DNA from: Promethearchaeia archaeon
GTDB taxonomy: Archaea; Asgardarchaeota; Lokiarchaeia; Sigyniarchaeales; SOKP01
NCBI GenBank assembly: GCA_029856045.1
Contig: JAHQWG010000012.1
Span: 128,001 to 192,000, forward strand
Length of the DNA stretch: 64,000 nucleotides
Direction: 5' to 3'
The notes below the pieces were generated by a model that searched no databases, was not told the origin of the DNA, and worked only from the letters and a program-made list of their open reading frames with translations. This document shows, one piece after another, positions 17,820 to 27,686 of the stretch (the first letter of the stretch is position 1; each line of letters opens with the position of its first letter). Position numbers and translations under genes: made by a program.

Positions 17820-18632
17820 ATGGAGCCAGAATCAAAGATAATTCTTCCTAAAAGCTATTTTAACTCAAAATCTATTGCATTTCTAAGCGTAATGAGTGCA
17901 TTGGGCGTGGTTTTAGCATTTTTATCAGTATATACGTTACCTATAGGTCCCGGTGTCGCAATTGATTTGTCACATATAGGTACATATATTGTAGCTTTAA
18001 GTGGGGGACCTTTGTTAGGTTCAATAGCAGGAGCTATAGTAGGGCTTATTCCTGCTTTTCGTTTTGCAAATCCAGCGTTGATACCAGGAAAAGTTTTAAC
18101 TGGATTCTCTGTTGGATTTATTTATTATATTCTAAATGCAAAAATAACATTCTTTAAACAATATAAATATAAGAAAATATTTGCAATTTTAATTTCAGGA
18201 ATTTTAGGTTATATTCCTGAAATGATTTTCACGATATGGGATTTAAATATAATTATAGGAATGCCAGAAGCAGTAGTTTTTGAAATCTTAATTAAAGCAT
18301 GGATAGAAATTATCGTAATTTCAATTCTAATGAGTATAATATTTAAAAATAAACATATTTCAGACCTGATTAGTAATTTAATTGGAGAACGAGAACAAAT
18401 CAGAACGTCTGAAATCTTAGTTTTTACTAGTATAATCGATGCATCAATGCTGTTTTTAATGTTAATTTTCCTTCCATTCGACTTTTATTCACATGCATGG
18501 GGTTGGACTTTTACCAGTCAAACGGAATTTGAATATTTTATGTGGATAGTCGGACTAACAATTATTTTAGCCGGAATTATATTATATATTGCATACGATC
18601 TGAAGATTAAAAAGAAAAGAGAAATAAATTAA
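17820..18632 (+). CDS. ECF transporter S-component-like membrane protein
   Basis: 'IAFLSVMSALGVVL', 'IDLSHI', 'GPLLGSIAGAIVG' pattern of S-components. Confidence 0.7.
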   Translation: MEPESKIILPKSYFNSKSIAFLSVMSALGVVLAFLSVYTLPIGPGVAIDLSHIGTYIVALSGGPLLGSIAGAIVGLIPAFRFANPALIPGKVLTGFSVGFIYYILNAKITFFKQYKYKKIFAILISGILGYIPEMIFTIWDLNIIIGMPEAVVFEILIKAWIEIIVISILMSIIFKNKHISDLISNLIGEREQIRTSEILVFTSIIDASMLFLMLIFLPFDFYSHAWGWTFTSQTEFEYFMWIVGLTIILAGIILYIAYDLKIKKKREIN

Positions 18633-18659
18633 AAAAAAAATACCAAAAAATATTATTTC

Positions 18660-20111
18660 TTATTTTTTTTCGATTATTTCTTTTACATAATAAAATCCGA
18701 CTAGATTTCCAAAATCTGGATATTTTCTTGAAGCTAATAAAATAATTACATGATTATTTAACTCAAAATGCCCATGATCAACAGCATATTGAACTGCTTG
18801 ACTTATAATATCCTCTACGGATTGATTAAAAAAATTTTCATCTGTAATATGGATTGGCATGACACCCCATAAAAGTTTCAATTCTCTTGCAGTTCTTTTA
18901 AACGGAGTAATTGCATATATCGGTAGTGGTGGTCTATATTTAGAAATCATCCGGCAACCAAATCCTTTTCTGGTAATAACTAAAATCTTACCTTGATAAT
19001 TTAAATTTACTAATTGATGTGAAAGATCTAAAATACCTCTACCTAATAATTGTGTATGTTGTAGTTTTTCAGAGTCAAATTCAGCAGGATCTCGTGCAGG
19101 TATAATCTCAGAAGCAGTATTTGCAATTCTGTTCATGTAGCTTACACTTTGTATTGGGAATTTTCCCATAGCTGTTTCGGCTGAAAGCATTACAGCATCC
19201 GTGCCATCGAATACAGCATTGAATACATCACTTGCTTCTGCTCTAGTAGGGATTGGATTTATTGTCATCGATTCCAGCATCTGTGTAGCTGTTATTACAG
19301 GCTTTCCTAAGATATTACATTGTTTTATTATTTCCTTCTGTTTGACAGGAACTAGGTCTGGGGATATCTCAACGCCCAAGTCTCCTCTTGCAACCATTAT
19401 TCCATCAGAAACATCCAAAATCTGCGCAAAATTTTTTAAAGCTATCGGTCTTTCAATTTTAGAAATTAATTTGATTTCTGAATTACTAAAATTTTGCATC
19501 AATTTTTTAACGTTCAATACATCGGCTGCTGTTCCAACAAAAGAAATAGCTAAAAATTCAGGATCAAGCTTTGCAATTAATTTCATATCTTCTACATCTT
19601 TTTTAGTTGGAACTTTCTGTTTAAGTTCACCAGAAGGGATATTAACTCCTTTATTAGAGGAAATTGGTCCGCCCGAAATTACTTGTCCTATTATATGATC
19701 CTTTTCTTTACTTTTAATTTCAATTCGAATGATACCATCATTAATAAATATAAAATCTCCAACATTTATATCCGAAAGAAAACCATCATAGGGGATGCTG
19801 AATTGTTCTTCATTTCCTTCAATGTTTTCTTCATAAATCTTTATTTTTTGATTCACATTCATAATAAATGGTTCTTTTATTGTTCCAACCCTAATTTTAG
19901 GGCCTTGTATATCGCACATTATGCCAATATATTCATTTACTTCTCGAATCATTTTAAAAGTTTCAGTTTTTTGTTCATGCGTTCCATGAGAAAAATTTAA
20001 TCGAAAAACGTCAACACCCGTATCAATTAATCTTTTAAGTGTGGCTTTATTATTAGAAGCAGGACCAAGTGTAGCTACAATTTTTGTTTTAACCAATTTT
20101 TCATAAGACAT
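18660..20111 (-). CDS. pyk: Pyruvate kinase
   Basis: KTKIVATLGPAS, RLNFSHG, SKIE, MVARGDLGVE, TATQMLESM, PTRAE. Confidence 0.98.
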   Translation of the reverse strand: MSYEKLVKTKIVATLGPASNNKATLKRLIDTGVDVFRLNFSHGTHEQKTETFKMIREVNEYIGIMCDIQGPKIRVGTIKEPFIMNVNQKIKIYEENIEGNEEQFSIPYDGFLSDINVGDFIFINDGIIRIEIKSKEKDHIIGQVISGGPISSNKGVNIPSGELKQKVPTKKDVEDMKLIAKLDPEFLAISFVGTAADVLNVKKLMQNFSNSEIKLISKIERPIALKNFAQILDVSDGIMVARGDLGVEISPDLVPVKQKEIIKQCNILGKPVITATQMLESMTINPIPTRAEASDVFNAVFDGTDAVMLSAETAMGKFPIQSVSYMNRIANTASEIIPARDPAEFDSEKLQHTQLLGRGILDLSHQLVNLNYQGKILVITRKGFGCRMISKYRPPLPIYAITPFKRTARELKLLWGVMPIHITDENFFNQSVEDIISQAVQYAVDHGHFELNNHVIILLASRKYPDFGNLVGFYYVKEIIEKK

Positions 20112-20145
20112 AAAAAATCAACTAGAAATAATTTTATTAATCAAA

Positions 20146-20595
20146 TTAATTGGTCATTTCTGATATCTTAATTAATTTATATCTTAGCTCTTTATATACT
20201 ATTTTCATTATCGTTTTGGTTTTGAAAAAATCATCCTTATTTTTTATCTCTTTTAAACACATTAAACTCAATCTAAATTGTTTAGCTTTTAGTGGATATT
20301 GTGTCAAAAGTAAGTTAGCTCTTTTTACTAAATCTCTAGCAATAAAAACAAGTAAATCAGAACTTTGATATGCTAAAATAAAAGATATGAAATAAAGATA
20401 TTTTGGTTTGTTTTCAGGATTAATAAATTTTATTAGATAAAAACGGTCTTTTAATTCATCTTTTAAAGAATAAATCGCTTTAACTTTATAGTTATGTCGT
20501 TTTTTTCTTAAATTTTCTGAAATAGGGAGAAATTTTCCTTTTAATCTGTTATTTCTTAACTCGAATGTTTTTATAAATACACTAAAAGAACTCAT
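20146..20595 (-). CDS. Hypothetical protein
   Basis: 149-aa ORF co-oriented upstream of pyk. Confidence 0.55.
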   Translation of the reverse strand: MSSFSVFIKTFELRNNRLKGKFLPISENLRKKRHNYKVKAIYSLKDELKDRFYLIKFINPENKPKYLYFISFILAYQSSDLLVFIARDLVKRANLLLTQYPLKAKQFRLSLMCLKEIKNKDDFFKTKTIMKIVYKELRYKLIKISEMTN

Positions 20596-20725
20596 ATTGA
20601 TTAAAGAAGAATATGAAATAATAATAATAATTTTTACAATTAACTATTAAATTTAATCTAAATAACTTTAATAATAGAGATTTAAGATTGAAAAAAAATA
20701 AAAAAAATTGAGTTATTTAATTTTT

Positions 20726-21229
20726 TTAAAAACCTTCACTTGCCGAAAGTGCTGCTATTGCTCCATAAAATAATCCGTTTATAACCCCACTCAATATATA
20801 AACTAGAATAGTTACGACTTCAACCGAGAGGGAACCTCCGATAATGCCTAAGATTAAAGGAACAACAGCACAAATAATGGCGATTAAGAACCAAGCTCCG
20901 AATGCTGCTCCTTTACCCTCTCCAGTTCGTCCAGCAATAATTGCGGCTAATATTGGTGGAACAATTAATCCTATCATTACAATTAAAGCTACAATCATTG
21001 CATCAGGAGTTGCGGCTAATATTGCTAATATTCCTAGAGTTAACCATGCAGTTCCAGGGAGAATTAATATTGGAGCGAACAGACCACTGATAAATGCCAT
21101 TGGATCTGTTGTTATTAAACCAAAATATGTATCTATTTGATTTAATAAAAGGGCAACAATTAGTGCAAAAACAAAATTCAAAGCTACATAAATTAGTAAA
21201 CCTAAGCCAAATGCTTTACCAAAGCCCAT
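20726..21229 (-). CDS. Small Gly/Ala-rich membrane protein
   Basis: 4-5 hydrophobic helices; internal duplication GFGKAFG / GKGAAFG. Confidence 0.7.
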   Translation of the reverse strand: MGFGKAFGLGLLIYVALNFVFALIVALLLNQIDTYFGLITTDPMAFISGLFAPILILPGTAWLTLGILAILAATPDAMIVALIVMIGLIVPPILAAIIAGRTGEGKGAAFGAWFLIAIICAVVPLILGIIGGSLSVEVVTILVYILSGVINGLFYGAIAALSASEGF

Positions 21230-21360
21230 TTAAAAATCGAACTCTTATTTTTTTTTTTTATTTTAATATAAATTATTTTAATATAGTATAACTAAGGATT
21301 ATATAAATATATAAATCTTTAAGAGTCCATTCTTTTAAATTGATTTTTTCTTAGTGGAAA

Positions 21361-22443
21361 TTATTGCCTTTCAGAAGTTGAAATACAAGAAGAGTCCCCA
21401 ATTATTATGTTTTCTTTGATAAGATCTTCCAGAGTAGAGAAATCTCCAATTAGACTACTTGAAGTAATAATTTGATTTAGAGATGTATTATCTCCAATTA
21501 TTGTATCCGAACAAATACATTTATTTAGAACGACATTATCTCCCAGAGAAACATATGGGCCTATTATCGAATTGGTGATTTTTGCATTTTCACCAATTAT
21601 TACTGGAGGTATTATTTTAGAAGATATAGAATTTCCTTTAATTCTTAAAGATTCATAAAGTGGATCAATTTGTTTTATCTCACTTAACAAATAGCGATTT
21701 CCCTCAATAAGACTCTCTGGACGACCAAAATCTAATATGATATCATGCATTTTATTTATTTTAACTTTTTTTCCCATTTCAATTAATTTTTGTATTATTG
21801 ATGTTAATTGGTGTTCTCTTCCATTATCAAGTGGAATTTCGTATTGTTTTTGGATTAATTCAAAAAAAATGGAAGAAACTGAATTATTGATTAAATATGC
21901 TCCTGAAACAGCAAGGTTTGAAATAAATTGCTCGGGTTTTTCTATAATCTTTTTTATATTACCACCCTCATCACATTGTACTACCCCATAATATTCTGGT
22001 TGTTTAACTTCTTGCACATTAATTAAAATATCAAATTGATCTTGATGAAAAGAGATTAACATTGATGAGTAGTCTCGAGTTGGTAATCTATCACCTAAAA
22101 TGATGAAAAAATCCTTATTTCTTACATAATCTTTAGCCAATAAAATGGCATCAGCTAAACCAGAGAAATAGGGTGCATCATCTTCAAAACCTAAAGGTTT
22201 TTGTTCTACAAAAAAAAGTTTATAATAATCTGAGTAATTTTCTTTTAAATAATCAGAAATCTGTCTTCCTTTATATCCAATAATAAATAGAAGATTTGTA
22301 CCTCGTGGAAAATTGTTTTTCAATTTAATCAATAAATGATCAATAAGTTTATTCCCTGCAATTTTTAAAAACGCCTTAGGCTTTGTATAAGTGAATGGTT
22401 GGAGTCTTTTTCCAACACCAGCTATCGGAATAACAATCCACAT
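21361..22443 (-). CDS. Sugar-phosphate nucleotidyltransferase (glucose-1-P thymidylyltransferase long form)
   Basis: IAGVGKRLQPFT..PK, LGD, IEKP, D.GRPE, C-terminal left-handed beta-helix repeats. Confidence 0.88.
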   Translation of the reverse strand: MWIVIPIAGVGKRLQPFTYTKPKAFLKIAGNKLIDHLLIKLKNNFPRGTNLLFIIGYKGRQISDYLKENYSDYYKLFFVEQKPLGFEDDAPYFSGLADAILLAKDYVRNKDFFIILGDRLPTRDYSSMLISFHQDQFDILINVQEVKQPEYYGVVQCDEGGNIKKIIEKPEQFISNLAVSGAYLINNSVSSIFFELIQKQYEIPLDNGREHQLTSIIQKLIEMGKKVKINKMHDIILDFGRPESLIEGNRYLLSEIKQIDPLYESLRIKGNSISSKIIPPVIIGENAKITNSIIGPYVSLGDNVVLNKCICSDTIIGDNTSLNQIITSSSLIGDFSTLEDLIKENIIIGDSSCISTSERQ

Positions 22444-22574
22444 ATTTTGAGGAGCTTGTTTTTATTTTTAATATATTAATGCGCTTATTTAATAGTTATA
22501 TTAAATCATGTAGGATATTATTTAGAATTATACTATAAAATAAGAGTAAATAATAATTAATTTTCGGTTTAAAA

Positions 22575-23093
22575 TTATTGGTTTAAAATTTTATCCACGA
22601 TTTGGTATATTCTTGCTCTTTTTAACTGATCTTTAACGAGAGATTTCAACTTACGTAAATAATATCTATCAGAATTGTTCAATTTATCAATATATGCATA
22701 TTTTTTTAAGGTTAAGGTTAATTTTTCATCAAAAAAAGTAGGAGGTATCTCTTTTAATAACTCTATATTGCTCTCTTTATCATTTGTGTCAAGATTTTCA
22801 TTAGAATTAATCAATTCTTTATATTTATAGTTTAAATTTGTAATCCATGTTATTAAATTATCAAGGTCTCCACGTAGATAAGTTCTCGAATTTAAAAATT
22901 CTTTAAATTCCAATACATAAGAGATAAAAGCATTTATTGGGTCTTTCAATTCTGATTCTTGCTTTTGACTCTTCTTAATTGATTCTTTTATTTTTTTTAG
23001 CTTCTGTTCTTTAAAAGGGGATATAATTTTCGTTTTTGATTTTGCTTTATTATTTTTTGAGTTATCCTCATCCAACCATTTATTTAAAGACAT
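22575..23093 (-). CDS. Hypothetical protein
   Basis: 172-aa ORF, divergent from the HAD gene. Confidence 0.6.
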   Translation of the reverse strand: MSLNKWLDEDNSKNNKAKSKTKIISPFKEQKLKKIKESIKKSQKQESELKDPINAFISYVLEFKEFLNSRTYLRGDLDNLITWITNLNYKYKELINSNENLDTNDKESNIELLKEIPPTFFDEKLTLTLKKYAYIDKLNNSDRYYLRKLKSLVKDQLKRARIYQIVDKILNQ

Positions 23094-23156
23094 TTAATTT
23101 CGTTATACTCAATAAATTTTTATAATCTTCTTATTAAATGTTTAATGTGATTAATA

Positions 23157-23957
23157 ATGGATAATTTATTTAAGAATAAAATCAAACCTAAAGGTATTAT
23201 TTTTGATTTTGGTTTCACACTATTCTATTTTAAAAATCCATCGCTTGAAAGATATATAGAAATTGAATATCAAGGTCTAAATTTAGTTGCAGAATTTTTA
23301 AAAAACGAAGGGCTCTTTAATAAGAATCAAATTGATACATTTGTTGAAAATGTTAAGAAACAGAACAGAAAATTTTGGCAATTGAGCATAAAGACCAAAT
23401 TAGAATATCCTACTGCGAAAATTCTAGAATTTGTCTTAAAGAATATGAAGAATTTGGAACCTTCTATGTTAGAAAAATTTCTCACTACTGAAAATTTAAA
23501 AAAAATATCTGATAAATATCATTCGTTTTCTGATGATGCATGGATTCCTTTTGCAGATACTAAACAAACCTTAATAACGTTATTAGATGCAAAGATTAAA
23601 ACAGCTGTTTTATCTAATGCTAAACATCATGATAGTATAATTAAAATGCTTAAGAAACATAATCTTTTAAATTATTTTAATACAATTGTAACATCTGCAG
23701 GTTTCGGTAAGAGAAAACCAAATATAGAAATATTTCATTTTACTCTTGAAGAATTAGGTTTATCTCATTGCCCAGAGAGTTGCCTTATGATAGGAGACGA
23801 AGCAGCGGATATGATTGGTGGAAAAAAAACCAAATTAAATACATTTTTAATAAAAAGATCTTTTAAATTCCCCTTCGAACAAGATATCCTGCCTAAATAT
23901 AAACCAGATTATACAATCAATAAAATTTCTGATATCTTAAATTATATTCAGATTTAA
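23157..23957 (+). CDS. HAD-superfamily hydrolase
   Basis: FDFGFTL, LSN, RKP..IF, MIGD...D. Confidence 0.9.
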   Translation: MDNLFKNKIKPKGIIFDFGFTLFYFKNPSLERYIEIEYQGLNLVAEFLKNEGLFNKNQIDTFVENVKKQNRKFWQLSIKTKLEYPTAKILEFVLKNMKNLEPSMLEKFLTTENLKKISDKYHSFSDDAWIPFADTKQTLITLLDAKIKTAVLSNAKHHDSIIKMLKKHNLLNYFNTIVTSAGFGKRKPNIEIFHFTLEELGLSHCPESCLMIGDEAADMIGGKKTKLNTFLIKRSFKFPFEQDILPKYKPDYTINKISDILNYIQI

Positions 23958-25504
23958 TTCTCTCCTTCATGCTTAGATTCGATTTCTACCTCATATACAT
24001 CTAAAAATTCAATCATATTCTTAATTAAATTATCAAGAAATGTTATTCTATTTTTTTCATATATTATTTTTACAAAAGAATCTTCCAATCTATTTTTTGA
24101 TTCTTTTAAATGTTTAATATTTAATTCTTGCAATTCAATATAGGAATCTCTATATAAATTCAAAATTTCTCTTAAGGATAAATTTTTACTAGGGCGAACA
24201 CAAGTTAAACCATAATCTAATTGTTCCTTATATTTCCACCAATCAAGAAAATAAAATTCACTTCCATATGTCTCTCGATAATAATCCAAATTGCAATATA
24301 GTGGCGTTCCTGGAAAATTTCGAAATAAATTATAATTCAAATTAACTAAATCAACTTTCTCAGAAATCTTTTTCGCAAAATCAAATGTTTCCTTAAAAGA
24401 TTGTCTTGTTTCGCCAGGATGATTGATAATAATATTTAAAACGCAGAACATCTCCAACTTTTCTGAAATTTTCATAATTTCATTAAATTTTTCTATATAT
24501 TGAGCGGGATTTTTGGTTTTATTCATGATTGAAAGCATTTGTTTCGAATAAGTCTCTAATCCATACATCAATGAGACTTTTCGGGCTGCCAGTTTAGTTA
24601 AAACATCTTCATTTAAAACATCCAACCGACATTCGGCCCACACGTGAAAATCAGGCTCTATAGGGTATAAATCCAAAAATTTTAATAGCCATTGCCGATT
24701 AAAGCCGAAAATGGGGTCATAAAAAGCATATGATTTAATATTATTAATTTCACCAAATTTAAGCATAGATTCAAATTCTATTTTTGCACGTTTTGGAGTA
24801 TAACTTCTCCATTTTTTATGTATGTTTCCAGTTCCTTCAATCAATTTTTTTTCCATACAAAATGAGCAATTAAAAGGACAACCCCTACTAAGAGAAATGC
24901 TTAATGTGGTGAATTCTTTTAAATATTTTTCATATAAAGAGAAATCTATTACCGGAAGATCATCTAATTGTTCAATGGGATTGTTTAAATATTTTTTAGG
25001 TGTTTTTCTCTTTTTAAATCCATCATTAATAATATCTAGGAAGGATCTTTCACCCTCTCCAATAATAATATAATCTATAGGTGTCTGGTTAAATATAAAA
25101 TCCTGAGGGACAGAGCTAACATGAGCTCCACCTAAAACAATGGGAATTTGCGGATAATTCTTCTGGAAATATTTCGCAATCATCATAGTAGGAATAAAAT
25201 GCTTTGATGTGGGAACGGTTATTGCAATAATTGAATTTGTATCTAACTCAAAATTTATTGTGTCTATTAATTTATCCATTTGAGAGTGAAATTTTTCTAT
25301 TGGTTCAAATTGATTTGGATTAAAATTACCTAACTTCTCTTCTTTAATTAGGTCAATTATATCAGTTTTCACATTTCCTATCTTACTCTTTATGAGATTC
25401 TCTATATAAACGGGTCCTATTAAGATTTCTTCGAGCATATACTCTTTCTTCCCTAAAATATTTGGATTCACAAATAAGATATTTAATTTTTCTTCTTTAA
25501 TCAT
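23954..25504 (-). CDS. B12-binding radical SAM protein
   Basis: LGGAHVS, IIGEGE, SRGCPFNCSFC (CxxxCxxC), PGET, PGTPLY. Confidence 0.92.
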   Translation of the reverse strand: MIKEEKLNILFVNPNILGKKEYMLEEILIGPVYIENLIKSKIGNVKTDIIDLIKEEKLGNFNPNQFEPIEKFHSQMDKLIDTINFELDTNSIIAITVPTSKHFIPTMMIAKYFQKNYPQIPIVLGGAHVSSVPQDFIFNQTPIDYIIIGEGERSFLDIINDGFKKRKTPKKYLNNPIEQLDDLPVIDFSLYEKYLKEFTTLSISLSRGCPFNCSFCMEKKLIEGTGNIHKKWRSYTPKRAKIEFESMLKFGEINNIKSYAFYDPIFGFNRQWLLKFLDLYPIEPDFHVWAECRLDVLNEDVLTKLAARKVSLMYGLETYSKQMLSIMNKTKNPAQYIEKFNEIMKISEKLEMFCVLNIIINHPGETRQSFKETFDFAKKISEKVDLVNLNYNLFRNFPGTPLYCNLDYYRETYGSEFYFLDWWKYKEQLDYGLTCVRPSKNLSLREILNLYRDSYIELQELNIKHLKESKNRLEDSFVKIIYEKNRITFLDNLIKNMIEFLDVYEVEIESKHEGEN

Positions 25505-25695
25505 ATCAATAATATTTAAAATTATTTAGAGTTTAAAATCTCCGATAAATTTACTTAAAATTATACATTTTAAATTTAATAGGATTTTCAATTTTCTTCA
25601 TAATATTTTAAGGAATTATGGAAATTTAACAAAATTTTCATTTATTTCTTAATTTAAAGTTATTTTTAAATAGATTCTATTAGAATTTAATATTA

Positions 25696-27066
25696 ATGTT
25701 AAAAGCGGAAATTAAAAAAAGTATTATCAATGATATATCTTCTCATAGGTTAGGCGCAGTCTTATATATTGAGATTTATAATTTTATTTGTAGCTCGAAA
25801 AGTCCTAATCCAATTTCTGAGAATAAATTACATGAAATACTTTTTAAAATGATTAAATCTAAAGAACTCGATTTGATAATTCCGGATCCTTTTTTAATCA
25901 AATGGGAAAAAAAAACTTTAAAAAATTTAAACTATCTGCAAGATAACGACCATTACGTAAGAAATTTTTATTACATCAATGATAAGCTTATCAATAACTC
26001 AAATAAAAATCAACCCTTAATTGATACAAGGCCTTTAAATAAAGATGAAGGTGGAAAATTAGAATTAACTGCAGAGAGATTTATTAATATTATTTCAAAA
26101 TTTCCCAGAATCAAAGAAAAGATTATTTTTTCATTACCAAATAAATTTCCTTCAATAAAATTACATTTTATTGATAATATATTTGAAAGGGAAAAATTAG
26201 TAGAGAAATCTTTTGATACTCAAATTAAAAAGATTGATAAAAAACAAGATAAAATTGTAATAAAATTAAAGGAACAGGAAGATGCAATTGAACTTATCAA
26301 AAAATATCGAGAGAAATATATGTGTGTTTATATTACTCTTATAGAAACAATTCAAAAAGAATTATCCTATCTGGAAAAATATAAATCTAAGATTGATAAT
26401 TATGAGGAAATATATAGTGATGTTATGGAAGCTTTTAAAAAATATTCTATAATGTTCGCCGAAGAGGCATGGACTGAAGATTCAATAACAGTTCGGAAGG
26501 GAATAATTATAAAAACTGGAAAACTATATTATTCTTCTGTAATTTTTAAAGAAGAGTTCTTTTTAATCAAAGGAAATCAAGAGTATTGGGTACTTTTTGA
26601 TATGAAAAAATTTCCAGGTTTATTAAATTTTTTATTAAAATTAGGATACGAGGAAATGGGGATTGATAAAAAAAATGATTTAAACAGAGTTGGATCAAAA
26701 TTAACTTTTGAATTTCCATTTTCGAACGTAGAGCAATTATTTTTTTTATGTAAATATATTTTTATGGCAAACTTATTTCATTTACTATTTTTAATAAATT
26801 TATTTTTTAAGATAAATGGAGATCTTACAAAATTAGACGAAAAAAGAGATAACTTATCTGAAATATTTTTACCCATTTTAAAACCACTATTTAACATTAA
26901 TCAAGTAAAACCTGCAAAAAAGATCACTTTTGCATTCCCTGATGCAAACAAGGACGAAATGAATATAATATTTCATCGATTCCTTTTTTTCAATTCTCGT
27001 ATAGTTGAACAAAAGTTACGATTTTTTCAATCATTATACAAACGAAAATTAGAAAAAACTGGTTAG
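25696..27066 (+). CDS. Hypothetical protein
   Basis: 456-aa open frame with no recognisable motif. Confidence 0.6.
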   Translation: MLKAEIKKSIINDISSHRLGAVLYIEIYNFICSSKSPNPISENKLHEILFKMIKSKELDLIIPDPFLIKWEKKTLKNLNYLQDNDHYVRNFYYINDKLINNSNKNQPLIDTRPLNKDEGGKLELTAERFINIISKFPRIKEKIIFSLPNKFPSIKLHFIDNIFEREKLVEKSFDTQIKKIDKKQDKIVIKLKEQEDAIELIKKYREKYMCVYITLIETIQKELSYLEKYKSKIDNYEEIYSDVMEAFKKYSIMFAEEAWTEDSITVRKGIIIKTGKLYYSSVIFKEEFFLIKGNQEYWVLFDMKKFPGLLNFLLKLGYEEMGIDKKNDLNRVGSKLTFEFPFSNVEQLFFLCKYIFMANLFHLLFLINLFFKINGDLTKLDEKRDNLSEIFLPILKPLFNINQVKPAKKITFAFPDANKDEMNIIFHRFLFFNSRIVEQKLRFFQSLYKRKLEKTG

Positions 27067-27069
27067 AAA

Positions 27070-27191
27070 TGGGGGTAGGGGGATTTATTCACAAAAAGCG
27101 AAATGCTTTTTCTTTTGAACCCTCGGCCTTTAGCTCCGCAAGCTAACGCCCTTTCTGGAACAAAAAGTTATCCATACTAGGCTATACCCCC
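27070..27191 (-). tRNA. tRNA-Arg(GCG) with two non-canonical introns (D-loop ~27154-27168; T-loop 27085-27114)
   Basis: Minus strand: acceptor GGGGGTA/TACCCCC plus discriminator A; D stem GCCT/GGGC; anticodon arm TTAGC-TTGCGGA-GCTAA; T arm GAGGG-TTCAA[intron]AT-CCCCC. Both inserts form bulge-helix-bulge-like junctions. CCA not encoded. Confidence 0.9.
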
Positions 27192-27686
27192 ATATTTCTT
27201 ATATATTTTCTTTTCAATCTATATATATTCTAAATCTTTCCTACATTATAATTTTATTAATTATCATTTTTCTATGTTTTAGAGATTCTTTAACTTCTGG
27301 CTTTCCCAGTTGATCCCCAATTTACGAGATCTTATCCAAATATGAAATCTCAATACTTATTCTGGTTAAATGAATTATGTCAAAGATATATTCAAATATA
27401 GAAAATATTTAAATTTTATAAGTTCTTCATTATCAAATTTTTTAATTTTATATGTACTTGATTAAATGCTCTGCTTTACATTAAGAAGTTGTTTAAGTAG
27501 TTCCGATTTACTAAAGAGGACTTTATCAATTATAATTATATTTAATTTTAATCTTTTCAAAAAAGGAAGATTAATAAATCCTATTTTTTATTCACGTAAT
27601 ATAAGGGTTATTAATAAAAAGATAGACCCTTTAAAAAATAACTCAAAAGACTGGAATTTAGTTTAAACAAACTAATTTGAGGAAAT

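Noticed and set aside
19201-20000. Antisense ORFs over pyk (likewise 3821, 5038, 12740, 20844, 61550, 63154 and others)
   Set aside because: They lie opposite well-supported genes and have no motifs of their own.
25696-27191. tRNA 3' end as the integration site of a mobile element
   Set aside because: No integrase and no duplicated tRNA 3' fragment seen in the window.
27270-27400. Possible gene remnant on the minus strand (ISYLDKIS*IGDQLGKPEVK)
   Set aside because: Too short and degenerate to assign.
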